From assembly GCA_004431415.1 (NCBI GenBank), contig QPMI01000177.1, forward strand, positions 55,270-119,269: DNA of 64,000 bases. The letters run 5' to 3'. Origin of the DNA: Cyanophora paradoxa CCMP329. Its lineage: Eukaryota > Plantae > Glaucophyta. Of this stretch, positions 36,126 to 49,529 are shown one piece after another. The translations under genes and the position numbers were made by a program. The notes under the pieces were generated by a model. The model did not search any database. It was not told the origin of the DNA and saw nothing but the letters and a program-made list of their open reading frames with translations. The stretch's first letter is position 1; each line of letters opens with the position of its first letter.

Positions 36126-39100
36126 TCACGCGTCGCGCACGACGGTCCTGCGGGGGTGGTGCGGGGCCGGCCGGGAGACCTGCGCCCGGCCGCCGTCAGC
36201 GGGCCCGAAGCAGAGAAGAGGGGCACAGAGGGGGCACGGGGGCGAGGGGCTGCAGGGGAAGCGAGGCGTAGACGCCGCGGGGCCGGAAGGGCGAGGCGTC
36301 ACGGTCCTTGTCGCCAGAGGCGCGGAGGGCGCGCCCCGCCGCCGCCCGCCGCTCGGGCCCCGCGCCGGGGGGCGGCTCGTCCACCTCCTCGGCCAGCGGC
36401 GGGGCCGCGGCGGCGGCGCCGGCGCCAGCACGGGCGTCGGGCTGGAGGGGGCGGGCGAGGGCGACGGCGAGCGCGCGTACGGCGGCGGCGCGGGGAAGGG
36501 CGTCGGCGAGGCCGCGGGGGGTACGATGGGCACCACGCCGTCCCCGGAGGGGTACGAGCGGCCGTCCGCGTGGGGGTGGGCCTCGTCGGGGGTACCGTCT
36601 CCCGCGGCCGCGGGCCCCGCGCCCCGCGCGCTCCGCGCCGCCGCCCGCCGCTGCGCGGCGGTGCGGGGCGACCCGACGGCCCCGCGCGCCGACGCGGCCG
36701 GCGCCGCAGGCTTCGCGGCGCCGCCTCGGGGAGGCCGGCGCCGCTGCCGCGGCGGCTCCCGCGGCTGTCCCCGCGCTCCCCGCGGCTCCCCGCCCGCGAG
36801 CGGCTCCAGCGCGGCCGCCCGTCGCTCCCGGGGCGCCCCGCCCGCGCGCTCCTCGCCGACCCCGCCACGCCAAGGGGCGCCCCCCCGCCCCCTCGGGTTG
36901 GGATGAGGGCGCCCTCCGCTGTGAGCCAGGATGCGCGGTCCTCGAGGCTCCAGAGGCGGTCCTGCCCGAATACGCCGACGTGGGCGCCGTCGAGGGCCCA
37001 GAGGGAGACCGTGTAGTCGTCGGAGGCCGTCATCAGCAGCCGCTTCGACTCGATGAACTCGATCCTGCCCCGCGGCGAAGTCGGTCGGTCGGGCCCGCTC
37101 GCTCTTTCTAAGAGCTGAGCTGAGCCAGGCGCAGGGGCGGCGGGGCGCACGCTTTGACGACGTCGGCGTGGGCGCGCCAGTGGTACAGCTGCGCGCGCGG
37201 CGACACGGAGCATCGAAGTCAGCGCGGCCCCGGCCGCGACAAAGCAAAGCGAGCAAAGCAGAGCAGAGGGGCGCGCCTCAATGACGGTGGTGCAGAGGGG
37301 GAAGGCCTGGCCCGCCTTCGCGTCGGGGACCCGGATCTGCGAGACGTCCCAGACCTGCAGGCCGGGGCGCCGAGGGGCTCGGGCGCCGCCGAAAGCGATG
37401 GGATGGGTTGGGGGTGATGGACCTTGACGAAGCCGTTCGTGTCGCCCGTCACGAGGAAGCTGCGCGGGGGAAGGGCGGCGGCGGCTTCTCACGCACAGGA
37501 CGGAGCGGGGCGGGACGGAGCGGGGCGGGACGGAGCGGGACGGGGGCGAAGGCGGGGGTGCCGAGGGTTGTAATTGCAATTGTAAGCTTGGACGGGCTCA
37601 ATATAAGCTAGGATCGGCTTGATAGAATATATTATGGGCCTAATCATAGGGGCGGACGCGTTGAGGGGGTCGACGGCGGGGATACAGAAGGTTGTACTTG
37701 TAATATAAGCTAGGGTCGGCTTGATAGAACATAATATGAGCCCAATCATAAGCTGAGGGAAGGGCGGACGCGTTGAGGGGGTCGGTGGCCAAGGATACAA
37801 TGGCTCAATATAAGCTAGGATCGGCTTGATAGAACATAATATAAGCCTAATCATAAGGGCGGCTTAATGGAACATAATATAAAGGGCGGACGCGTTGAGG
37901 GGGTCGGAGGCCAAGGAGACGATCGCCTCCTCCCAGTGGTGCCCCGCGTCCATCTCCAGCAGCAGCTGCCCCGTCCGCGGGTTCCAGAAGCGCAGGTACC
38001 CGTCCGCCCCCGCCGCCACCAGCGTCTGGCTCCGGTGCGGCAGGAAGAGCACCTGCGAACGATCCCGAATCGGCGTTCGATCCCGAGCCCGAGCGTTCGA
38101 TCCCGAGGCGCGCGCCTTCTCGACGGAGCGGACGTGGCCCTCGAGGGCGGCGATGGAGGGCGCGTAGCAGCGGTGCTTGGCCGCCCCCGTCGCCGTGTTC
38201 CAGAGCACCACAAGCCCGTCGTACCTGCCCGCCGGCCGGCCCGGTGAGGCGCCGCCCGGCGCGGCGCGCTCGGCACGCGCGGCGCCCTGCGAGGACGCAC
38301 GAGCAGGAGGCGAGAAGGCCGGGCTCGCAGTGCGCCATTGAGAGGATGTCCTCCAGGTGCCTGTACCCCGGCGGGTCGGCCCCGGCAGGTCGGCCCCGGC
38401 GGGGGAAGCGGGGCTGGGCGGGGCGGGGGCGAGGCGCAGGGCGTACCCCTCGTAACAGGCGGAGAGGGGTACCTGCACGACGAGGTCCGACTGCGTATCC
38501 GCGTCCACCCAGAGCTTCACCTGCGCACGCACGCGCCGGCCTGGGTTCGATTCCCCGCGGGGTGCTCTGTGCCGGCGCGGGGGTAGGGGCGCGCCTTCCT
38601 GTCCCACCCGACGCCGACGATGTACCGAATCGCGTTCTGGCGGCGGAGTTCGGCGCCGTACCCCGCCGCGGGAGGGGGGTACAGGGCACCAGGAAGAGGT
38701 GCGCGACGGCCGTGATCTCGCCCCCCTCCTCGTTGATGCACTCCTTCAGCAGCTCTGCGGGGGATGCCGCCGTCGACAGGGCGCGCAGGGGGGTACAAGC
38801 AAGTGCTGGGGGGTACGGCACCGCCGGTGGAGAAGTTGTACACGCGGACGGCGCCGGAGGCGTGGCCCGTGATGAGCCGCCGCTGGTCGATGTCCAGCGT
38901 ACCCGCCGTGATGTCCTGCGCCCGCCGCGGCGCCTCGCGTCAGATCGGATGGAAAGGACACGCGAGGCGTGCGGGCGCGGGCGGGCGCGGGCGGGCCTCG
39001 GAGGGGCAATCGAAGCTGAAGGCGGGGTCCCCGTGCGGCAGGTTCCACACCCGCACCTCCGCCTGGTCTGCTCGCCCCCGCTCAGCCGTCGCTTTGGATG

Positions 39101-42100
39101 CCCGCTCGGGGCGGGGCGGGGCGGCGCGCGCCCATCGTGATCACGAGGTTGAAGGTCGGGTTGAACAGGCTGCGGCGCGGGCGGGTCGGCGGGGCGGGAG
39201 GTGCGCCTTTTACAAGCGGGGGCGGGGGGGTACCAGGCGACGACCGCGTCCTCGTGGGATCGGTTCTTCGTGCGCGTCTTCCCCGGCAGCGTGCTCTGAG
39301 GGCCGGCGGTCAGGGCCGGAAGGGGAAGGCGGGGGCGGCGGGGGCGGCGGGGGCGGGCGGGCGCGCCGGCCAGACGGTGAGCATACGGTACGCTGTTACA
39401 AGGGAGCCTGCGGCGGGAGCGAGGAGGTCAGAACGGAAGAAGGAGAACGGAGGAAGGAGGCAGGAAGGGGGGCGGAGAGGGGGGGGGAGGGGGGAGGAGG
39501 GGGGGGGAGCAGCGCCGCCCCCTCCCCCACCCTTCCTCCCCCCTCCTCTACCCTTCTTACCCCTCCCCCCCCGCACCCCGGCCCCCCCTTCGCACCGGAG
39601 GCGTCGTCGTAGAGGATGGTGGAGATGCGCTGGTCCGCCTCGTACAGCCCGTCGTCGATCGTCTGCACGCACTTCCTGCGGGGGGGAGTGGGGATGAGCG
39701 GGGCGAGGAGGGGGCGGCAAGGGGCGGCAGGGGCTCGGGAGAGGGCTCGCTCGCTCGCTCGCACCAGGTGCGCATGTCCCACACCTTGACGACGTTGTCG
39801 ACGTCCAGCGTGATCACCTGAGCGAGGCGCGCGGGGCGCGCGTCAGCTCGCCTCCGTTCCCAAGGGCGAGGAGGACGCTCGCTCGCACCTCGAAGTCGTG
39901 CTCGTCCATGGTGACCCCCGCCAGCGACGCATTGTGCCCGAACAGGCTGGAGGGGGGGGAGGGGGAGTCGGAGGCGAAGGAGGGGAGCGGGCGTGCGCGT
40001 TCGCACTGCGTGATGGGCTTCTCGCCGCCGGCGAGGGTCCATATCTTCACGTGCCGCTCGATGCCGCACGTCGCCAGTACCGAGAAGGAGCGGCACCTGC
40101 GGGCGAAGCGTGCAGGCCTCAGGGCCCTTTCTCTTTCTTTGTTTTCTCCAAGGGCGGCGGGGCGGTACCAGGCGAAGCAGTGGATGCCCATGCGGTGTCC
40201 CCGGATCGTGTGCGTGATCTGCGGGCGGCGGGGGCGCGGGCGGGCGGGCGGGAAAGCGCGTGGGCGGCCCGCCCTCCCCCCGGCTTCGCCCCCGCCCTCG
40301 CAGCCCTCGCGCTCGCACCTCGAGGCCCTTCCTGGGGTCCGAGATCTTGACCGTGTTGTCCAGCGACGAGCTGCGCGGCGGGGGCGGGGGCGCCCGGCCC
40401 GCTCAGAAGAGCCCGGCCCGCTCAAAAGGGCCCGGCGGGCCCGAGGCGCCGGCGAGGGCGGGGGCGGGGGCGCACGAGACGATGCCGCGGAGGTCCGGCT
40501 CGAACCGCAGCTGCGTAATCCAGTCCGTGTGCGGCTTGCTCTGCGCAGAGAGAGAAAGGGGGGGGGGGGGCACCGCCCCCGCCTCAGCTTCAGGGCTCCA
40601 GGGCTTCAGAACCTCAGGGCTCCAGGGCGTCCTGGCCCGCCCTTTCGGATCGTATTTCTAGCGGCGTGCGGACCGCCACACCTAAGCCACCTGAGGCGAT
40701 CTCTCTCGGCGAGCACCGCCCCTCAGCTTCCTTCCTGGCCCGCCCTTATGGATCGTCGTCCTAGCGGCGGGCGGGCGGACCGAGGCGAGGTGGATGGCCC
40801 TGGCCATCTCCTCCGCCAGCTTCGCCTCCGCCGCCGCGTTCGTCGGGCCCGGCCCGCTCGGGCTCCCGTCCGGCTTCCGCTGCACCGAAAGCCGCCTTAG
40901 ATAGAAGGGGTAGGTAGGGGTAGGGGGCGGGGGAGGGGGGTACCATGCGGGCGAGGGCCGCCAGGTAGTGAGCGTCGAGGAGGTGCAGGGCCCCCAGATC
41001 GTCCCCGTACCCCACGATCGCCCGCTCCCTGGGGGAGGGGGGGTGCAAAGTTCAGGAGGGGGTACAACGGGGAGGGGGAAGGTGGGAAGGGTCGGTGGCC
41101 GTACCCGGGGTTCCAGAACGTGAGGGACATGGGTACGGTCTCGACGTGGTAGGGGAACTCCTCCCGCAGCGACCCGTCCCGCATTTCGTATACCCGGATC
41201 CTGCGGGGGTACAGGTGCGCACGGGGGCGAAGCGGCGAGCGGGGGAGGAGCGGGACGGGGGTACATGCGGTCGTGGGAGGCTACGATGAGCTTGTCGAGC
41301 GCCTGCGTTCGCCCTTTCACGTACGCGTACGCCGCGTCGTTAATCCTGCGGGGGGTACCTGAGACCGAGGCAGAAGGAGCGGGGGCGGAACCGGGGAGGG
41401 GTACGCACCACTCGTTGTTTGCGGTGCGAAGAGTACGCTGCAGCGCCCCCGTGCGGGCGTCCCAGAGGGTAATCAGCCCGTTCCGCCTGCGGGGCCCGGG
41501 TCGGCGCGGCGCGGGGTACGGGTCGGGTCAGCGGTACGCGCGTCGTGGAGATGTACTTCTCGCGCTCGGGTACGCGGACGATTCGGTTTGCATTGTCCCG
41601 GTGCCTGCGAATCAAGGGGACGGGTACCGGATTAGGGAATGCTTCCTCCCGGATTCGAGCCCGCACCGCATGGAGGGCAGCTCTCTCTGTCGGATGTTGG
41701 CGGCGAACTTGCGGGCGCGCGAGTTCGTGAGGAACTTGCTGATCTGGGCCTGCGGGGGGTACATGGATGTCGGGATCGGTACTGGGGGGGTACGTCGAAA
41801 GGGCGGGGGTACGGACCTCCTTCTGGTTCTCGACGTACGTGGCCGCAGCGCGGTTGTGGAGCGTCATGTACGTCACGAAGCTTCCCGAAGGGGGGAGGGG
41901 GGGGGGAGAATTCAGGGGTGCGTCGAGCACGGTTCCACCGGGGGGGGGGGGGGGGGGGAGGGAGGGAGGAGGGAGGGGGGTGGGAAGACGGCGCACTCGT
42001 CCCAGTCGACGGTACCCTGCTGGCGGGCGTCCATCTGGAGGAAGAGGAGGCGAATCTCGTCGTTGGAGACCGATTCCTCCGTGTAGAGCCGCCGGACTAG

Positions 42101-42906
42101 CGCCAGGAACTGAGGCGCGGGGCGCGCGCCCGCGTCAGGCGGACGGCCCCGCAGGACGGGGCGGAGCCGGGGGGTTGAGGGAGAAGCGGGGGTACCTCCT
42201 CGGGGGTCAGGCCCCGCCCGGTCGTCTGCTGATGCGCCTCGAACGTGCGCTGCGGCGCCGGAGGGCCGGCGGCGTCGGGGCGAGCCCGGGAAGCAGCGGG
42301 AGCCGAGGGCCGGGGGAATCGGGGACCTGGAAGAGCGCGAGCTCGTGGAGCGTGAGGTCCTCAACGACGCTGCGGGCGGGGCGGGTCGGGGGCGGTCGAG
42401 CGGCGAGGCGCGGACGCTTCTTCCTGCTGAGCGGCGGGGCGGTGCGGGGCGGGGCGGGGCGCGCACTCTGCGCGGCCGACGCCGTGCTTGCGGACGCCGA
42501 ACTCGGGCGCCGGGAGCTTCTTCTGCGCGTCCTCGGCGGTCGGCGTCGGGGCCTCCTCGGCCAGGGCGTCGAGCAGCTTGCTGGACCGCGGCTGGCCCGC
42601 GGGCGGCGGGCGGACGAGGGTCGGCCGCTCGTTGGAGCCAGACGAAGAGCTCGTCCTGAGGCGCGCTCGCGGGTCAGCCCGCGCGCAGGTGCACGGTCAA
42701 GCTAGAGCTCTCCACGTTCGAGCCGCAGAGCGTTATCGGGCCGGCGCAGCGCGCTTTCGTATGCGCAAAAGCACATAGCTATGTGACTTGTGCGGCAGCA
42801 CTCACTTCGGCACATTAGCGGTGACCGAGCGGCGAGCTGGGATAGACGGGAGCGAAGTTCCGGCTGCCCCCGTCGGGGAGGCCGACCCCCGCGGAGTAGT
42901 CGGCAT
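36126..42906 (-). CDS. EF-hand + WD40-repeat protein (WDR49/WDR64/EFCAB8-like); multi-exon, 3' end approximate
   Basis: LFLQMDARQQGTVDWDE|FVTYM EF-hand. WD motifs GLITLWD, HTDWITQL, GHRMG, NVVKVWDMRT, YDGLVVLWN, GADGYLRFWN, TASDDYTVSLW. The first exon MPTTPRG... ends at a gtgagt donor. Confidence 0.8.
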
Positions 42907-43024
42907 GTCTCTGGTGCCTCGCTATGCTGCAAGCTCGTGCGCGGCCCGGGGGCGCTTGCTCGCGGAGACCATCTTCGACACTGCTGAAATCCTGTACCCG
43001 CACGACAAGACTCGATTCTGCAGC

Positions 43025-45944
43025 ATGCGCCTCCGGACTGCGTCCGTCGCGCAGAGCAACCCTAGTGTCGATGCGCGAGCGGTAGGTGCAGCCTTCCTCG
43101 CCCCGGCTCCCGCGATGAGGGAGCGGGTCTGCGAGCCGGTCCCCCTGGCGGCGCTGTGCCGTCCAACCGCCTCGTTCAGCGTGTGCGGTGGGCATGCGTC
43201 GCCGTACGCGCTCCGCAGCTCGCGGACTTCCTCCCGATCCCGACCCGCGGGCCTCCGCTGGTCGGCCTCGCTCGCCTTCGGCCACGTGCGGGCGAGGCCC
43301 AGCAGCGCCCCGCACCGTCCCGGTGACTATTTGCCGCCGCGTGCGAGCGCCGTGGACGAGGAGGCCCTCGAAGCGGAGGCCGAGACCGAGCGGGGCCCGC
43401 TGGCGCCCGGGGACGTGCTGGAGTTCGTAGCTAGCGGCGCCCGCCTTGTCGGGACCGTGGTGGAGGTGGCCGAGAGCGGCAAGAACTTCACCGTCGCGCC
43501 CCTCGCGCCCGCGGGGGCCGAGGCCAAGCCCATGCGGATCGACGTCGGACAGATCGTTTTCCGCTGGCCCGCGGGGATCACCAGCGATGGTGCGCTGGGC
43601 GGCGAGCGCTCGCGGTGTGGAAAGTGATGTTTTGCGGCGGCGCAGACCTGCGGGAGTCGGCGCGGGGTGGGAGCCGCGAGCGCGAGACGGCGCGGTGCCT
43701 GCGGCAGCTGCCGCGCTCGGCGGAAGAGCTCTGGAAAGCCCTTCGGCGCATGGGCGAGCAGCGCGCCGTCGTCACGAGCGAGTCGCTGGCGCAGAGCTAC
43801 CTCGCCGACCGCAGCGGTCGCGTGGGCGCCCCGGCCCTCTACGCCGCGCACCGCCTGCTCGCCGCCTCGGACCCGTACCTGAAGCGCGGCGCCCCCGGCG
43901 AGGTGCGCGCGCCGCGCGGCCGCGCGGCCTGCGTCCCGTCGGCGGCTTACGCCGCGGCGCGGCAGGGCTACGAGGCGGCGACGGAGCAGGAGGTCCGGGC
44001 CAAGAAGCTCGAGCCGATCGTGCGGTGGATGCGAGCGCGGGCGGCGGGCGAGGAGGAGGCCGGCCCCTGGAGCATCGCGTGGGCGCCCGAGATACACGCA
44101 CTCGAGCTGGCGGCGATCGAGGGGAACGACGCCGGCGTGCCGCAGCGCGCCGTCCCCGCCGCCACCCGCCGCGCCGCCGCCGCGCTCGTCGCCGGCGTGG
44201 GCGGCGGGCTGCCGAAGGGCGGCGCCGGGGTGCGCCTGCTGCTGCTGCGGACGGGCCTGTGGACGCTGCGGGAGGGGGCGGACGAGGCGGGGGCGGCGGC
44301 GGGCGCGGCGGCGTTTCTTTCCAGCTGCGAGCCCTTCTCGGCGGCGGCGCTGGCCGAGGCGGACGAGGTCGCGCGCCGCGCCGACGCCTTCGCCGCCGCC
44401 GCCGCCGCCGTGCGCGAGCCGGCGGGCGACGTCTTCTTCGCTCCGCCCCTCACGCCCCGCCCAGGGCAACCAGGCGGTGCTGGAGGGACGCCGGGACCTG
44501 CGCGGGGGCCGCTGGGGTACCCCCCTCGCCCTCGACCCCGTCGCCTCCTCCCTGCCCGACGACGCGTTCTCCGTACCCCTCGCCCCGCCCGCCGGCGGTC
44601 CGTCCCTCCCCCGCGCCAGCCCCGCGCCCGCCCCGCCTCGCGCCTCCGACGCGAGCGAGCGGCAGGCGGTGTGGAGGTGGCGGTGCACGTGGCCGACGCG
44701 GCGCGACTCGTCGCGCCGCAGGGCGAGCTCGCCCGCTACGCCCACCTCCGGTCCCAGGCGCCCCCTTCCCCGGCCCGGCCCCGCCCCCGCCGTCGGGGCG
44801 CCCCTGACGCGGGCGGGGGCAGAGCATGTACCTGCCGTCGGCGCTGGTGCCGATGCTGCCGCTGGCGGCTGCGCGGGCGCTGGCGCTGCGCGACTCGGCG
44901 CCGAACGCGGCGGTCACGGCGGTCCTGCGCGTGGACGCCGCCGGCGCGCTCGCCGGCGTCGAGCTCTTCCGCTCGCTGCTTCCGCCCGTGCGGCGCCTCA
45001 CGCACGCCGCCGCCGACGCGCGGCTGCGCGGCGGCGGCGGCGCGGCGGTTTCAGAGCCCGAGGAGTGGGACGGCCAGGACGCAGCCCTGCGGGCGCTGGC
45101 GGCGGTCGGGCGGGCTCGGGAGGGCGCGGGGCGAACGGCGGCGGCGGCGGCGCGCTTCGGTGAGGCGCTGGGGACGCGCCTGCGGGTCACGGAGGGGGGC
45201 GAAGTCGAGGCGACCACCGCCCTACGCGGCGGGGCCGCCGGCGCCGTCGCCGTGCGCCTCGTACCCCCCTTCTAGGCCTCCGATCCTTCGGAATCCGATA
45301 CCCCCGCAGGCGCTGCTGGAGGCGTGCGGCGAGGGCATCGCGCAGTGGGCCGAGTCGCGCCCCGAGGGGCCCTTGCCCCTCCCCCAGGTCCGGCCCCTGT
45401 ACCCCCGCGCTCCTTCCCATCCGACGCCGTACCCCCGCGCAGATCGCGCCCTGGAACGAGGAGCGGAAGCTGCCCGGGACGGCGCCGCTGCGGCGGTTCC
45501 CAGACCTCTTCCTTCACTGGCAGGCGAGCGACCCGCCCGCGCCGCCGGCCCCGCGCGCGCCCGCTCAAGCCCTGTGCAGGTGGCGGGGTACATGGCGACG
45601 GGGCGGGCGCGGTACGATCGGCGGGCGGTGGAGGCGGCGGGGCGGTGGGCGAACGCGCGGCTGCGGGCGGTGGCGGACGTGGAGGAGGCGAGCCGGCAGC
45701 ACTGGGGACTCCTCGCCCTCGAGCGCGCCGCCGCCGCCACCCCGGGCCGCCTCGTCCCCGCCACCGTCGCCCGGGTCCTGGACGCGCGCCGCGGCGTGTA
45801 CGCCGTGCGGGCGGGGGCGGGGCGGGGGCGGCGGAGCTGACGGTGCGGGGGCGGCGGGGCCTGGAGCCCGGCGCGGCGGTGTCGGTCCGCGTTGAGCGCG
45901 TCGACCTCGCGGCCGGCGCCGCCACCGCGTTCCTCGAGGCTTAG
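43025..45944 (+). CDS. RNase II/R (RNB-domain) exoribonuclease, probably organelle-targeted; multi-exon
   Basis: ALDPVASSLPDDAFS, VAVHVADAA, SMYLP...PMLP, GTAPLRRFPDL and an S1-like tail. The Ser/Arg/Ala-rich N-terminus resembles a transit peptide. Confidence 0.8.
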
Positions 45945-46175
45945 CTGTAGATAGGATGTCGACCGTTGTGGTTCTTAAAATTCTATGTGCACGTTTACGT
46001 AAAGCGCTGCTCTTCGGCACGGCTCATGATCACTGACAGGAGGGCTCTAGATCTTCCGAGCTCGCGAACGGCTAGATATCGATCGATGCATACCACGGTA
46101 GCCTTGATATAACAAGCAGGGGGGGCTCCGCCCCCCCCGCACCCCCCCCGCTTGCTAGCTGGGTACAGACCGTAC

Positions 46176-46453
46176 CACAGATAGCGCTCGTTCTTTTTCC
46201 TAATCGACCCAACACGGCCCGGCTATGGGCAAGGGTAGCCGGCGATCGCGATAACTTTTCACCCGGCACAGAACGGCTAGTCGCTGCACAGCATGTTGTA
46301 GCCGGCAGGCTAGCGGGTAGATTAGTGCTAGCCCCTAGTAGCCCGGGCTGCCCGGTCCCAGCCAACCTACTAAGTAATAGCCGAAGAGCGATTTCACTTT
46401 AACCGGATTCCAGACCTGTCGATCGGGTCGATCGGTAAAAAAAACGAGCTGTG
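46176..46453. mobile_element. Second copy of the CMC MITE (opposite orientation to 24733)
   Basis: CACAG...CGAGCTGTG termini with 3-bp TSD TAC (46173-75, 46454-56). Internal sequence is reverse-complementary to 24830-24970. Confidence 0.8.
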
Positions 46454-47723
46454 TACATGGCTATAGCTAGCTATATAAGTCCATGGATTTAAATTGACCA
46501 ATCACCAAATCGCTCGAGTTTCCGACTGGGGCTTTTTGACTCGACTCGCCGTAGTAAGCAATTTTAACGTACCCATCCTGTATATTTAAGTTGACCAATC
46601 CCCGAATCGCCCGAGTTTCAGACTGAAGCTTTTCGACTCGACTCTCTGTAGTACAATAGTGTCTTTTTCCGCCAGCGAAAGGGTCCCACGCTGTAGTAAT
46701 CGATGGGCATTTTCTGCCAGCGAACGGGTCCCATGGCATTTTCCGCCAGCAAAAAAGTCCCATGGGTACACTAAACCATAGTACTACGCAAGCTGGAACT
46801 GCTTGTTTTTTTACTACTCAACAAATGAAATGCACAATTACACCATTGGTCACTGTTTCCAGTGGCATTTTTTTGCTTCTCCAAGCTTAGACCGGCCGTA
46901 GTTTGCAGGTCACAAACGTCAAATTTGGCAGCGAAAGGTAAGTGCCGATTTCCTAGTTTCAAAATCCCAGCCTGGCCTGGTAGTGTGGTGAAAAGGTACT
47001 ATAGTTCATTGTACTACTGTTATATGTGCTCCGATCGGGATCCGGAGTGCCCGGCCGAGCGCCACGGTGCAGCCATGTACATGTACATGTGCACAGCACG
47101 CAGCATCGCAATCGTTTCACACGTGCACGCTAGCGCTTGCGTGAAGATGGAGCTTTGCACGGATAACGCGTTTCTTCTTCTTTTGCACGGCTTTCTTCGT
47201 GACGGCTCTCGATCGCCGCTCGGCTCCCGCATTCCCCCGGCCCCTCCCACAGCTGCACGGCCCGACCATGAGGCCGCGGGCGCCTGACTCGCCGAGTCGC
47301 GCTGAGGTGAGTGCTGAAATATTAATGCTACGAAATTTAAATGCCATTACATTGCATAGAGCGCCTTCCCGGAGGCCCTAGCTATAGCTAACTAGGCATA
47401 GCTACAGCTGCAGCTCACTTCGCCGTCCTTGGGTAGTCACTCCTTTCCCCGCGTAGGATCGCGTATATCTTTCTTGTAACTTGTAATGCAGCTCTAGAAC
47501 TAGCTGGGGTAGCCTCTCCAGCTATTTCCACATCCGAGCTCCGCCCAGTCCGATGTCCGAAAGGCTTAGTCCCGTAGGTTCATCTCTCGACTTGACACAG
47601 ATGGACACCTCAGTTGTATTTCTAGCCATTTGTCTCGGTGTGTGCGAATTCATTTATCTGCCACTGCGGCCATTATATTGCAAGCTCCGCAAACAACGAG
47701 GCTAGCTATATATATCACTCGCA

Positions 47724-48512
47724 TCAAATGCTTGCGCCGGCACACTCAGCAATTGCCATTCCGGTGGAGGCGCAGCACGCGCCGTCGCGGCCTGTTCGTT
47801 CCTGAAGGAGCGTGTCTTTGATGACGTCCTGCAGCAGGTGGCGGATCATGCCGATGACGACCACGACAGCGTCGATCACGGTCGAGGCGACCGTCAGCTT
47901 GTTCACGCTCAGCTCGTCGGCGTCTTCGTAGGTCTTGGTGTTGCTGTTGTATTTTAGCTCTCCGCGCAGCTGGTAGCCTATTCCGACAAGCTTGATGACG
48001 AGGCAGACCACGGTAAAGATGTATGTGTTGAACATTTCCCTGTCGATCGCGACAGCAAGCTAAGGCTCGATACAAAGTTCTCGAAGTTGGCAGTTTCTGT
48101 AAAATTGCAAGGACGCACGAGTAGTGCATGTTCCTCTGCTCTTCCTCACTCACTTTGTCGGCGTCTTGTTTTTTGAAGACGTGAAAAGCCGTGTACACTT
48201 TGTAAAAGGGGCTCAAGATGCACAGCTTGTGCGGGAACAAGCAGAAGACCTTGCAGGAGGAATCCGAATCCCTGTCGCAATTGCAGCACCTGCACATTCT
48301 GATTCAGCAGATGTCGCAAGCGATATATCTTGATTGCAAATTCTGACCCACCTGCCCTTATTCGATAAGACATGGAGGATGGCCCAAATAGCTACGTAGC
48401 ATGCGGGGAAAATTGGAATTGCAAGGATCAAGAATCCGACACTGCCGAGCGCCTTCTGATAGTCGGTGATCGTGGTGGCAACTCCTCCGAGGCTCTGGAA
48501 GTCCACGGCCAT
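47724..48512 (-). CDS. Small multi-exon membrane protein of unknown function
   Basis: Hydrophobic segments VGFLILAIPIFPACYVAIWAIL, YIFTVVCLVIKLVGIGY and VIDAVVVVIGMI in three ORFs joined by GT-AG introns. Confidence 0.55.
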
Positions 48513-49529
48513 GGAGACGACGGCCGCGCACTGCAGCAGCCAGAGCTTATCATGTTCGACTTGACGGCTTTTGATCTCGAACGCTGATCGATCGACGGAC
48601 GATGGCTAGTCAGGACGGCTTGCAAGTGATTATGATTATGATCATCGTGATCATGAGTCACTGAATAATTGTGAAACACGCATGCGCACGCGTTCTGAAG
48701 GCAGTGCAGCATCTGCAGAATTCATAGTCATCGATATCGTAGCGCTGCATTCGAGATTTCGACATGTAATCGTCAGGGCTGCCCCTCTTCTCAACATCTA
48801 GATCTTCGCCGATGACTTCGAATTCGGCCTGCGCATATGCATGAAACCGCATGAATGACTCGCGGGCGAGCCGGGCCGGGAATGCACTGCGGTATATATA
48901 TATATTGCATACGTTCATATGCATATGCATGTACGCGTGCGAGTGCGAATGCACACCTCGCGATCGTAGTGGCCCCCCGGGCCGGGATCCTCGTCCCACA
49001 TGTTCGCCTGCATCCCACGCAGAGGCATATTAGTACATTGGATGAACGTATACATTTATATTTGCCTGCGGGTGTAAGAATCCATGTGCCGCAGCCGGGC
49101 GCATGGTTCAAAATAAAACGGTTATAGATATATATATATATATACCTGTACATGTACCGGTGCAGGAGCCTGCTCGCATGCATACGTATGCGTCAGCGTA
49201 TGCTCATTCGTATGAGGCCGCGGGCCGATACTAGCTATAGTATACCATAGCTATAGTACTTGTAGTCACTGAGTAGTTCCAATACAGATCCCAACCCTGC
49301 AAAAAAACCGGAAAAATAAAATGAGGGCCCCGCACCAACGCATCGCAAGCAATTGGGAGGGCTCGTAGACATCAAAAACAATTTTGGTGCGGAACCCGGA
49401 TCGATTCTAAAAATAACCCTAGGGGGCCCGGGGCCCGTCCCCTCCCCCCGGACGCGCCCTCGCATCGCCCATGGAACCGGCGGTACCCACTGCCGTGCAA
49501 AGGCCTCTGAGCGGTGTAATGGCTTGTGA

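Noticed and set aside
46769-46985. CACTA...TAGTG element
   Set aside because: The TIR match is short and the flanking triplets (gta/tgg) do not form a TSD.
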